Part shown: positions 1 through 8,906 of the stretch, piece by piece
Numbering within the stretch: position 1 is the stretch's first letter
Layout of the letters: each line of letters starts with the position of its first letter
IMG/VR virus record: IMGVR_UViG_3300020438_004021
Coordinates: 64,001-128,000 of that record
DNA length: 64,000 bases
Source: a virus
Reading direction: 5' to 3' (one strand)
Position numbers and translations under genes: made by a program
Notes under the pieces: generated by a model
What the model was told of the DNA's origin: nothing
Database searches by the model: none
The model's input: the letters and a program-made list of their open reading frames with translations, nothing else

Positions 1-54
1 TGAATTCGGAGCTCTCGAGAGCGAATATGATGTGATAACGTGAGACTTTTAATT

Positions 55-450
55 ATGAAGAAAAATATTGGTTTGAATTCAAACAACTATATGATGTATG
101 CTATGAAGCACTACGAGAATCCTCAGTGTTTAGACATAGAAGAATTCTATAGTGATTTGAGCAGGATAAAGTACCTAAAGAGGCTGTTGAGAAGGTATAC
201 TGCTACTGGAGAACTGAAGGAAAGGTTGATATTAAACCACATTATAGTTCTTTACAATGTGTTCGGTATTGTACCAGCAACCAGACTGTTATTCTTCAGG
301 ATGGGGGATGAATTCCACTCCGTTCTAAAGACCTTCCTAGTTTACCTAAGTGTTTTCCCCGAAGGCGATAATGAGATAGAGATTTTAGAGGCCGACTTAT
401 TGTCGATACCGTTAGATAAAGGAATCACTGAGATACTCAGGAAGATATAA
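55..450 (+). CDS. Conserved hypothetical protein of marine T4-like phages (DUF7207-like)
   Basis: Motif YAMKHYENPQC...EEFYSDL.RIKYLKRLLRRY...ELKERLILNHIIVLYNVFG is typical of cyanophage-type T4-likes. ATG at 55 is preferred over GTG at 40. Confidence 0.75.
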   Translation: MKKNIGLNSNNYMMYAMKHYENPQCLDIEEFYSDLSRIKYLKRLLRRYTATGELKERLILNHIIVLYNVFGIVPATRLLFFRMGDEFHSVLKTFLVYLSVFPEGDNEIEILEADLLSIPLDKGITEILRKI

Positions 451-452
451 AA

Positions 453-1019
453 ATGGCAGGAGCATTCGACATATTTGTGGCATATAAGTTTATTAGGATA
501 CTAACCACTCCTTATAAGAAGACTGATGCTTATAAATTGGGAATCATTGACGATAAGGGCAACCTACTCAAGAAGAGGAAAGAACTGAATACTGGTGCTG
601 AGAAGAAAGCATACACTATCATCCATACGTTAGTCTGGAACTTGAAAAGGCTGCTAGACAAAATACCGGCTACTAAGACTAGACTGGGTTCATTCGCCGT
701 AGCACTATGGTTATTGAAAGAGAAATTGAAGGATGGTATTAAAGAATCAGTCTTAGAAGAGTGTTTCCTATCTAGTGTGGGGATAGAAGACCTAAAAGAA
801 TCAAAAGAATATCAGAAGACATTAGAGGCAGGACTTTTCATATCCAAGGACAGTCTGCCAATAATGTATGATTTTATAAATACCAGAGATAACATAGTGC
901 TTGAGGAATCTAAGCCGGTCGGTTTCATGTTGAATCAACCAATATATGCAGGTTCCCATGCCCTAACAGGTAGAAAGGTTTATTTTTCCTATGAAGACGT
1001 TTTCAGAATTAGTAAATAG
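453..1019 (+). CDS. Conserved hypothetical T4-like phage protein
   Basis: N-terminal DIFVAYKFIRILTTPYKKTDAYKLGIIDDKG motif recalled from cyanophage hypotheticals; follows the previous gene by 2 nt. Confidence 0.65.
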   Translation: MAGAFDIFVAYKFIRILTTPYKKTDAYKLGIIDDKGNLLKKRKELNTGAEKKAYTIIHTLVWNLKRLLDKIPATKTRLGSFAVALWLLKEKLKDGIKESVLEECFLSSVGIEDLKESKEYQKTLEAGLFISKDSLPIMYDFINTRDNIVLEESKPVGFMLNQPIYAGSHALTGRKVYFSYEDVFRISK

Positions 1020-3675
1020 TTTACAAGAAGAGAAATCAAACCTCATAGAGTCCAAAATCTCTGCGGTTGACAGTAGTATCCTCACACCTACCTCCACCAA
1101 GGCGGATGCAGTCGCATTGACTGCTAATCCTCTAGGAATATTCGGTGGATTGGTAACTAGAGACGGAAGACTCACCAAACCCATGAATAAGAGAGACCTA
1201 ACAAGGTCAATCTGGTCACAGAATGCACAGGCTGCTGCCGAGAGTTTTTATGATAACCTAGATGACTATTGGTCAGATATGCTTTATTCAAGGAATTCAG
1301 CTGCATATGACCAGACAATATATGATGCTAAGCAGACAATCAATAAGTCTAGACAAAGCAGACCATACACCGAACTGGAATATAAGGGTGAGGTAGAAGA
1401 CCTAGACAACCCTTATAACAGAGGGCAGAGGGCAGGAAATGTAGACGACCTAGAAGGTAGTAGTCAATTCCACCAGTTGCCTAGAGAGATGCCTTATCAG
1501 CCTTCTGGTCCCATGCATTACTATCCCCAAAGACCACCGGTAGATGACCCCGGTCTGTTTCCAGATGACCCTTATGACTCATACCCACCAGGTATAGAGA
1601 CTGACCAGTTCAGCCCTATGCAGTTCCCTAACCCAATGAATAGGCGAGAGACTGACCCAATGCAGCCGAACATACCACCGGTTGTTTTACCACCTTCATT
1701 GCAACCACCTATTGGAATGCCTGGTAACCCTAATCAGGGTCCACCTCAGCTTAAGCCTATGAATAGGAGAGAGACATACCCTGGTCCTTATAATAAGTCT
1801 ACTAGAAGTTCTAGAAGACAAGAACTACTCAATCCTATGAACAGACGACAGACCTATCCGCCTGTTCAGGATATTAAACCAATCAAATTCCCTGATGACG
1901 TCATACCTGGACAGCAGTTGGATAAACCAGTTTCTGTTCCAGCTCCACAAGATAACCCATATCAATATTTCTTAGACCCGAGAAGTCCAGAGAATATGAA
2001 ACCTTATGGACACCCGAGACCTCACGTGGACCCCGACGTAGACCCCGACACACCTGGTCATCAGGTACCTGGTCTACCTCAATGGTTAACACCACCAGAA
2101 GGACCGAGTCATCAGCAAAAGGTAGACAAACTTCAGCAACTTATTGATATATTGCGCCGAGATGGAGAACCAGAGGATGTGCAAAGAGACATCGGGTATC
2201 CACCTTTAATGACTCCAGGCAATGTAGAGGGTTTACCTTCATATGTCGATGGTGAACCAACTGGTGTGCCTCAACCCCGTCATCCCTACAATAAACTCAT
2301 ACCGGGTAATCTAGATGGTTCTCCACTTCATCCCGAAGACTTAGAACCCGGCGGACCTCTGGATAAGTGGTGGCACAATAAATTCCGACAAGATAGGCAA
2401 CAAGTTCAGCAGCAACAGTTGCAAGACTTGCAGCAAGAATTAATACCATTGCTTCAGCAAAATCCTGAATTGTACCAACCTTGGATGATGCAGGGTTTCG
2501 ATGATCGATCTCAAGCTGGTTTCGATGATAACAGAGCACCAGATGACCAGTTTAAACCTCAACTACCGAAGTGGACAGACCCACCGATGGGACCAGAGAA
2601 ACCAAAGGGTCCTGGAAGACTTCCTTTGTCTCCTTCAATTCTACCCAGAGATGATTCTGGAAATCCTCAAGGACCACGTGATTTTGATCATGGTCTGCGT
2701 GACCCGATGGATAATGACCCGACCCTACCCCCTGTCACACCTCAGGATAAGTTAGACTGGTTGGATTACCTCGAAGATTTCTACGATTATTATGGTAAAC
2801 CTCCTAGAAACCAGAGGTCACAAGACGGAAGAGGCGACATTAATCAACCAATTAATTGGTATGATTTGCAGGACCCATCTGAAGTACCAGACGGTGTGAT
2901 GGTAGACAAACCAAATGTTTCCGTTCCTGGCATACAACCAGCAGACCCTCCAGTACCAGTACCTGGTCCATTCGTTCAACAGGACGGTGGTGGAGATGAG
3001 GATGACGGTGGTGACGAAGATCCCATCAGCATTACACCAAGTCTATACCCATATAGACCTAGACCACAACCTGGACCAGTCATAGACACTGACGACGATG
3101 AAGAAGGTGGTGACGATGATGACGATACCGGTGAAGGTGATAGCAGCAGCGAGTTTGATACCGGTGCTTACACCAAGGAACCATACAGACCTAAGGCAGA
3201 CCTTCAGACTGGCATCTTCACCGATCCTGACGATGACGATGACGATGACGATGATGGTGGAACAGGTTTCGATACTGGAGACTATACTAAACTGACACCC
3301 AAGGTAGACCTTCAAATCGGAGTATTTACAGATACAGACGACGATGATGAAGATGAAGGTTATCGTCCTGACATCTATCCTAAGGGCATAACATATGGAA
3401 TGCCACCTGAGCATGCTAAGCACTACTCTGGATTCTTGAATAAAATGGGATGGATGAACGAGGCAAAAGTCTCTAGGGCATGGAGAGATGCCGGAATGCC
3501 TGCTGGTGACGCACGTTCTAGTGATGACAAACCCCTGATGAAGTGGTTAACCGACCTAGAGAAGGAACTGAAGAAAAAAGGTAAGTCATATGATGATGTG
3601 GATGCAGACAATGCAATCCAGATGTATTATCGAAAGAAGAGACCAAACGCAGCTGCTAGGGAGTTAACCAAATGA
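991..3675 (+). CDS. Large Pro/Gln/Asp-rich low-complexity protein, putative internal head protein
   Basis: 894-aa ORF. N-terminus MKTFSELVNSLQEE resembles the T4 capsid-targeting sequence; contains PMNRR repeats and poly-Asp tracts. Confidence 0.6.
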   Translation: MKTFSELVNSLQEEKSNLIESKISAVDSSILTPTSTKADAVALTANPLGIFGGLVTRDGRLTKPMNKRDLTRSIWSQNAQAAAESFYDNLDDYWSDMLYSRNSAAYDQTIYDAKQTINKSRQSRPYTELEYKGEVEDLDNPYNRGQRAGNVDDLEGSSQFHQLPREMPYQPSGPMHYYPQRPPVDDPGLFPDDPYDSYPPGIETDQFSPMQFPNPMNRRETDPMQPNIPPVVLPPSLQPPIGMPGNPNQGPPQLKPMNRRETYPGPYNKSTRSSRRQELLNPMNRRQTYPPVQDIKPIKFPDDVIPGQQLDKPVSVPAPQDNPYQYFLDPRSPENMKPYGHPRPHVDPDVDPDTPGHQVPGLPQWLTPPEGPSHQQKVDKLQQLIDILRRDGEPEDVQRDIGYPPLMTPGNVEGLPSYVDGEPTGVPQPRHPYNKLIPGNLDGSPLHPEDLEPGGPLDKWWHNKFRQDRQQVQQQQLQDLQQELIPLLQQNPELYQPWMMQGFDDRSQAGFDDNRAPDDQFKPQLPKWTDPPMGPEKPKGPGRLPLSPSILPRDDSGNPQGPRDFDHGLRDPMDNDPTLPPVTPQDKLDWLDYLEDFYDYYGKPPRNQRSQDGRGDINQPINWYDLQDPSEVPDGVMVDKPNVSVPGIQPADPPVPVPGPFVQQDGGGDEDDGGDEDPISITPSLYPYRPRPQPGPVIDTDDDEEGGDDDDDTGEGDSSSEFDTGAYTKEPYRPKADLQTGIFTDPDDDDDDDDDGGTGFDTGDYTKLTPKVDLQIGVFTDTDDDDEDEGYRPDIYPKGITYGMPPEHAKHYSGFLNKMGWMNEAKVSRAWRDAGMPAGDARSSDDKPLMKWLTDLEKELKKKGKSYDDVDADNAIQMYYRKKRPNAAARELTK

Positions 3676-5315
3676 AGAGAAGGAATTTCAAACTAGAAGA
3701 CTGGTCTGTTATCAATGAGTCTGAGACTATTCATTGGAACAAACTCAAGGACCATGAGAAGAAAGAAATGCTTAGAAGTGTTAGACTTCCCTCGGCACTT
3801 GTTAAAGACAAGTGGAATAGTCTTGATTTTCGTGCTAAAGAGATGATGGGGAAGTTCATCAGTCAGACCACTAGCGGTGAGTTTAGACTTGCTGAAGAAG
3901 AGTTAACTCCAACGCAGAAGAAGAAAATGGAGAAAATTGTTCTCTCTATGAAGGATAAAGAAGACGAGTTCAAAGAGAGATATGGTGATGAGTGGAAGAG
4001 TGTAATGTATGCCACTGCTACCAAGATGGCAAAGGAGTCTACCACCAGTGAAGGTTGGAAGAGCGATGCCCAGAGAAAGGCAGCTTTCGCTAGCGGTTAT
4101 AAGGCGAAAGGCAAGAAAAACAAGAAGAAAGAAGAATCCACCGAATTAGATGAGGCTATGGATCACAACAGACGGCATAAAGAGGCACTTAAACTCATTA
4201 AGATGATTGGTGGTGAGAACTGGATAGACTCTTTCGGTGATATGGTAAAGAATAAACCGAATCCTAAGACAGATATGAATGATTCTAAACCTGTTGACTA
4301 TATGCAAGACAGGGGCAGGGGAGAATGGGACATCGCGGTTAGAGCAGACGGTTCTGTTGAGTACAACCACCTTGGAAGGGCTGGTAAATCCAATAGCATT
4401 GCAGGTTTTAAGAAGCATTTTTCAATCTTCAAAGAATCCATTGAAATGTATGAGGTTACTAGGACTGCTTTAGACAGAGAATTTCAAAAGGTGACTCGTT
4501 CTGGAAAAATGGACACAATGGCTGCAACTCGCCATATCGAGAAGAAATTCGGTATCAAGGATGTGAAATTACAGAAAGATAGGAACGGCAAGACACATGT
4601 GATATCTTTCAATCAACTTTCAGAGGCACGTAGTAGGAGTGGTCGAGGAGTTCCAGCACCTCTCCCCAAGGCAACCAATTTCGCTATACGGATGCCCATC
4701 AAAGATAAGAAGCATGACACTGAGCTTGCAAAAATTGTTGGTGTTGAGACAAACAGTAAAGGTATGGTTCAGAGTGGACAAAAGCAAGGGGACACATACG
4801 TCTTCTACTTCAAGAATGCTAGAGATAGAACCAAATTCAGAAACAAATATTTAAGAAATGAAGATATCGCTAACACCACAGCAGGTGTAGCGGGTCTGAC
4901 ACCAGACACAATGGGTATGCCTGTAAGCAGAATGAAGAAGAAGAAGAAGAGAAGAGAAATCGAACCTATGCTCACTACTGAATCCAGAAAGAGGGTAGAG
5001 AAGGCAATCAAGGCGATGAACTCCTCGGACAGTAAAGAGTTTAAAAGTGAAATAGATGGCATGCCAGTATTCAGAGTCAGCGAGGCTGAATTCGCTAGAT
5101 GTAAGGGTAAGAAGGCTAAGGGTGAAAGATGGGGTAAATTCTTCGAGGGGGACTCACCCAACTATTCTAGTATAAGAAAATATGCTAAGAAGAACCCGAA
5201 TAACCCACTTTTAGTTCAGAATAATGTGACCGGAGAAATGACCATATTCAGAAGAAAAATGAATGATGGTAGACTCAAACACAACAAGAAAAAGAAGATG
5301 TTAGGCGGCTACTGA
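3672..5315 (+). CDS. Basic/charged modular protein, putative internal head protein
   Basis: 547 aa; ATGA overlap with the upstream gene; short modules bounded by hydrophobic-x-Glu motifs (INE, LAEE, LDEA, LSEA). Confidence 0.55.
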   Translation: MKRRNFKLEDWSVINESETIHWNKLKDHEKKEMLRSVRLPSALVKDKWNSLDFRAKEMMGKFISQTTSGEFRLAEEELTPTQKKKMEKIVLSMKDKEDEFKERYGDEWKSVMYATATKMAKESTTSEGWKSDAQRKAAFASGYKAKGKKNKKKEESTELDEAMDHNRRHKEALKLIKMIGGENWIDSFGDMVKNKPNPKTDMNDSKPVDYMQDRGRGEWDIAVRADGSVEYNHLGRAGKSNSIAGFKKHFSIFKESIEMYEVTRTALDREFQKVTRSGKMDTMAATRHIEKKFGIKDVKLQKDRNGKTHVISFNQLSEARSRSGRGVPAPLPKATNFAIRMPIKDKKHDTELAKIVGVETNSKGMVQSGQKQGDTYVFYFKNARDRTKFRNKYLRNEDIANTTAGVAGLTPDTMGMPVSRMKKKKKRREIEPMLTTESRKRVEKAIKAMNSSDSKEFKSEIDGMPVFRVSEAEFARCKGKKAKGERWGKFFEGDSPNYSSIRKYAKKNPNNPLLVQNNVTGEMTIFRRKMNDGRLKHNKKKKMLGGY

Positions 5316-5387
5316 TGAAGATTCTGGTCATGACAATATTAATGACTTTGTCTATTAGTAGCGAATTGACTGCATCGGAGATTAATT

Positions 5388-6305
5388 ATGAAATCAACAA
5401 CGGTAACAATCATATTATTTTTGCTATCATACACGATGGGATGCGAGACTCTGAAGGAGATAAATTCCCATCCGGAAAACACAGCATCAACCATAGTGGA
5501 CAGTGTGAGAGAGCAAAAAGAGCAGACGGACGAGATAACAGAGGCATCGAAAGAGATGGGTGGAAGTCTAGAAAAGATAGACAGTCACGCAGATTCGATT
5601 TTGGACGAGATAGCACTTGTCCCAGAGGACCCGAGTTACAACATAGACCCCACATTAAACTCGATAGAGAACTCAGCAGAGTCGATAAAAGAAGAGATAG
5701 ATTTTGCACAGAGGGAGCAGGTGAGGATAGACGAGGCATTAGAGGACCTAGAGTCCGCAAATGCAAGGGTATCCGCTGCCGTAGGTCAAATAGAGCAGTT
5801 AGAAGACCTAGTAGCAGACTACGAACAGTCCGATAGGGAAGTTCGTAAAGAAGCACTAGAGAACTTACATAGCTTCATCACTTTATTCTTCGTGATAGGC
5901 TTCGGTATGCTCATAGGTGGTGCATTTCTAACATTTTGGGTAAATAGCAAACTGGGTGGGGTAATTCTAGCGATAGGTGTCCTCACTGTAGGGTTTGCAG
6001 CCGCCTCACAATATTACCTTGAAGAAATAGCAGTAGTCGGTCTTGTCGTGTTAGTAATAGGATTCTTAGCATCTCTAGGTGTAGTAGGATGGATGTTGGT
6101 CGATGGTAGAAATGATAAGAAGGCTATTGCTGAAATAGTAGAGCTTATCGAAGAGACTAAAGACCATCTGACACTAGAAGAAAGACAAGAAATCTTCGGT
6201 AGAGATGGTTTCGCATCTAGAATGACTAGCGACCTTACTAAGAAGATTATTGCTCAGGTAAAAATTAAGAACGGATTCAAGAACCTATCTAGGAAGAAGG
6301 TCTAG
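5388..6305 (+). CDS. Putative lipoprotein with acidic coiled coil and C-terminal transmembrane helices
   Basis: Signal peptide ending in a lipobox-like TMGC, a heptad-rich acidic segment, about three hydrophobic helices; GGAG RBS. Confidence 0.65.
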   Translation: MKSTTVTIILFLLSYTMGCETLKEINSHPENTASTIVDSVREQKEQTDEITEASKEMGGSLEKIDSHADSILDEIALVPEDPSYNIDPTLNSIENSAESIKEEIDFAQREQVRIDEALEDLESANARVSAAVGQIEQLEDLVADYEQSDREVRKEALENLHSFITLFFVIGFGMLIGGAFLTFWVNSKLGGVILAIGVLTVGFAAASQYYLEEIAVVGLVVLVIGFLASLGVVGWMLVDGRNDKKAIAEIVELIEETKDHLTLEERQEIFGRDGFASRMTSDLTKKIIAQVKIKNGFKNLSRKKV

Positions 6306-6848
6306 GGTCTCGAAATAGAGGTACTTACAGATGAAGTAGGCATCCACGATATCGCTGACTGGATTCCCCACTTTTTCCCTTCTGGGTGTCATCTCTTCGT
6401 GAAGATTTATTCCGGTTTCTTTAAACCAGGCATCATGCATTTTATCTTTGGTTGCACTACCGCTTCCTGTAGCAAACTTCTTAACTTGAGGTGGTGTCAC
6501 GGTATCGAATTTGGTATTAGAACCCCAAAGTTTATGCTTCAATATGCCAGTATTCTCAGCAACGTCGAATACTCTACCGGTTGCTGCAAAAGCATAACCT
6601 TCCAACATAACGTGGTCGAATGACATTATCCTCTTCATCGCCCAATGGGAAATCATATCAAATCTTTCCTCTTGGCATTTATATTCTTTCAATAAGGACC
6701 CATGTATCATGCCACTAAGGTGTTTACATGCTAGCCTTTTGGTCTTAGTTAAAAAATAAAAACTGCAGTTGTTGAAATCCCAGCGCTCACCAATGTGAGT
6801 ACACAATGCTGGACTGGTCATGCTGTAATCTATGCCTGCTATTCTCAT
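6285..6848 (-). CDS. RuvC-like Holliday junction resolvase / endonuclease
   Basis: IAGIDYS, LEGYAF, VKKFATGSGSATKDKM and DIVDAY match the RuvC-fold catalytic pattern. Confidence 0.8.
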   Translation of the reverse strand: MRIAGIDYSMTSPALCTHIGERWDFNNCSFYFLTKTKRLACKHLSGMIHGSLLKEYKCQEERFDMISHWAMKRIMSFDHVMLEGYAFAATGRVFDVAENTGILKHKLWGSNTKFDTVTPPQVKKFATGSGSATKDKMHDAWFKETGINLHEEMTPRREKVGNPVSDIVDAYFICKYLYFETLDLLPR

Positions 6849-6859
6849 ACTTTTATTTA

Positions 6860-6985
6860 TTAAGATAAGACAATTTTTCCAATTATTAAACCAGTGCAGA
6901 ACCCCATGATTATAACTACGATTCCGGCTGGAGTTTGTGATAATTGTATCTTTCTATCTAACCATTCTTTCAATTTTGCGTTCAC
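6860..6985 (-). CDS. Small membrane protein (41 aa; not in the ORF track)
   Basis: GAGG RBS then GTG; reads MNAKLKEWLDRKIQLSQTPAGIVVIIMGFCTGLIIGKIVLS*; fills the gap between the protease and resolvase genes. Confidence 0.55.
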   Translation of the reverse strand: MNAKLKEWLDRKIQLSQTPAGIVVIIMGFCTGLIIGKIVLS

Positions 6986-7712
6986 TGTCAATTTCCTCTC
7001 TAATCCAATTATAGACGACATCCACTCTTATAGCGGAGTTTTCATATATCATATCTCTATACATGCTGAAGGTCGAGATTATTCCTACCACTACGAACCT
7101 GTTATCGATTAGCATGAATACCGGACCACCAGAATCACCAAACCATACAGAACCTCCCATCGGAAGCATCTTCATTCCAGTGGGTTCGCTCTCTAGAGTT
7201 CCATAATAGAATAGTGTATTCAACTCGCTTCTCTTTTTAAATCCTCTAGAGTATCCAACTGATATCACCGGTGTGCCTTTTCTGACATCTAATAGTGGTT
7301 TAGAATTGATTCCAGATGGGAATATTCCACGAACGTAGGTATCTAGAACGATGACTGCCACATCATATCCCACCTTCATGTCAGCATTGTACTGCGGATG
7401 TTTGGTAGCACATTTGATGCTATACATTTCGTCACCAAATTGTACATAGGACTCGTCATTGGAAATGCAATGAGCAGCCGTAAGCACTATATCTTGCTCG
7501 ATAAGGACTACCGAGCATTTGGGTCTCATGTCTCCAGATAGAAGTCTGCCTACCGATGGATAGTCATCTTCCGTTATGGTTATAAAACCTTCTATACTCG
7601 GAACTATTTCTTTTTTAGGGGGTGGACTCTCTGCACTGGGTTTCACCGTTTTGGCAGCGCATCCCGTAAAGCATAATAAAAGGGCTGATAGATAAACTAT
7701 CTTTCTTAACAT
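6954..7712 (-). CDS. Trypsin-like (S1) serine protease, lipoprotein
   Basis: Catalytic triad motifs LTAAHC, YDVAV, GDSGGP; N-terminal signal with lipobox FTGC. Confidence 0.88.
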   Translation of the reverse strand: MLRKIVYLSALLLCFTGCAAKTVKPSAESPPPKKEIVPSIEGFITITEDDYPSVGRLLSGDMRPKCSVVLIEQDIVLTAAHCISNDESYVQFGDEMYSIKCATKHPQYNADMKVGYDVAVIVLDTYVRGIFPSGINSKPLLDVRKGTPVISVGYSRGFKKRSELNTLFYYGTLESEPTGMKMLPMGGSVWFGDSGGPVFMLIDNRFVVVGIISTFSMYRDMIYENSAIRVDVVYNWIREEIDSERKIERMVR

Positions 7713-7719
7713 GTCCTCT

Positions 7720-8622
7720 TTATTTATAAGAAAAAACGGCTTCCGTGGAAGTTAGGTCGTCTACCTCTTCCTTCCTAAGTCTTCTTCCTACTATCCAAAA
7801 CAACGTCTTCTCCTTGGAGACATCGATATTTTCCCTCATCCATTTATGTGCTTTTCCTTCATAGATGTCGTCTATGAGTTCTCCGTTCACTTCTTCCCAT
7901 ATGGATTTAGAGTAGGCATCCTTAGTCAGGTGTATCTCATACTCTGGGAATTCCAGCACCTCTTGGGGAAAATTCTCATACCTAAACCTGTCTAAGTGTT
8001 GATTAATTGACTTGGTCCTATCGCAGAAGGCTATACCTATGACCCTCTTGACCTTTTTATTAAACTTATGTAGACCCCTGATAATGCCCGCGAACTGGAT
8101 TCCACTACCAACAGGTATTACTAGGTTGTCTAGTTCGTCTGGGATATTTTCTACCTGGTTGGTGACCCCATCGAATATAGCCTCTGGGTTACTCTCGAGG
8201 CTGATCGCGAACTTGATTAATTTATAATTATTATTCGCTATAATCTTCTTCTTAGCACCTGCGTCTATTGCGGTAGTCATACCGTGACCGGCTACGATTC
8301 GTATTTCCGAACCATAGTGCCTGGTCAACCGCATAATATGATGTTTATATAGGGTGTCTTCTTTACAACCACCGACGGCTACTACACACTTAATCCCATA
8401 CTCTTTCGCTACTTTTGCTATAATGGCACTTTGTGGGCTATGGACCGAACTTGCGGTTACAACCCCACCATTGTGGTTCTCGATTATGTCATCTCTGATT
8501 TCATCGAATAGTTGTACTGCCTGCCTTACCTTACCACCATTGATATGGTTGATTCCGTATGGGGCATATAAATCATCCCTCTTGTAGTATACGTCGCCAT
8601 GTTTTTGGATAGGGGTCATCAT
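7720..8622 (-). CDS. PLP-dependent enzyme, fold type II (ACC deaminase / D-cysteine desulfhydrase-like)
   Basis: KRDDL...GGKVRQ (PLP lysine), SVHSPQ and the VPVGSG phosphate-binding loop. Confidence 0.8.
   Translation of the reverse strand: MMTPIQKHGDVYYKRDDLYAPYGINHINGGKVRQAVQLFDEIRDDIIENHNGGVVTASSVHSPQSAIIAKVAKEYGIKCVVAVGGCKEDTLYKHHIMRLTRHYGSEIRIVAGHGMTTAIDAGAKKKIIANNNYKLIKFAISLESNPEAIFDGVTNQVENIPDELDNLVIPVGSGIQFAGIIRGLHKFNKKVKRVIGIAFCDRTKSINQHLDRFRYENFPQEVLEFPEYEIHLTKDAYSKSIWEEVNGELIDDIYEGKAHKWMRENIDVSKEKTLFWIVGRRLRKEEVDDLTSTEAVFSYK
7721..7728 (-). promoter_or_regulatory. T4-type late promoter TATAAATA
   Basis: Exact motif on the minus strand just upstream of the protease gene. Confidence 0.7.
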
Positions 8623-8659
8623 CTTGAGTATTTATTCTGGATGCCCAAAAGGTACAATA

Positions 8660-8781
8660 CCCCCCTTCCTGATATCACGAGGGCATATACCACTCCTTGT
8701 ATATGCCCCCAAGGATATACCACCCATTGTATATGCCCTTCTCGGGTATCTCTGAACCCCCTTCCTGATATCAGGAAGGGG
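8660..8781. repeat. Palindrome/direct-repeat cluster between divergent transcription units
   Basis: CCCCTTCCTGATATC at 8662-8676; two copies of ATATACCAC-N4-TGTATATGCCC within 8685-8738; perfect 24-bp palindrome CCCCTTCCTGATATCAGGAAGGGG at 8758-8781. Confidence 0.85.
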
Positions 8782-8818
8782 TATGACGATCGTATGTCAG
8801 CTGGCATCAATAAAGGGC

Positions 8819-8847
8819 TTGACAGAAGAGCTCCGGTATGATCTAAT
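8819..8847 (+). promoter_or_regulatory. Early sigma70-like promoter TTGACA-N17-TCTAAT
   Basis: Exact 17-nt spacing with an extended TG; same architecture recurs at 10298, 13455, 14433, 15527 and 21856. Confidence 0.8.
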
Positions 8848-8906
8848 GGGGGTTCAGGAATTGGGGAAAGACCCCCTTTGAAACCACCATACGGAGACCC
8901 AAAAAT

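Noticed and set aside
8660-8781. Mini CRISPR array
   Set aside because: The repeats are separated by only a few nt, there are no spacer-length unique segments, and no cas genes are present.
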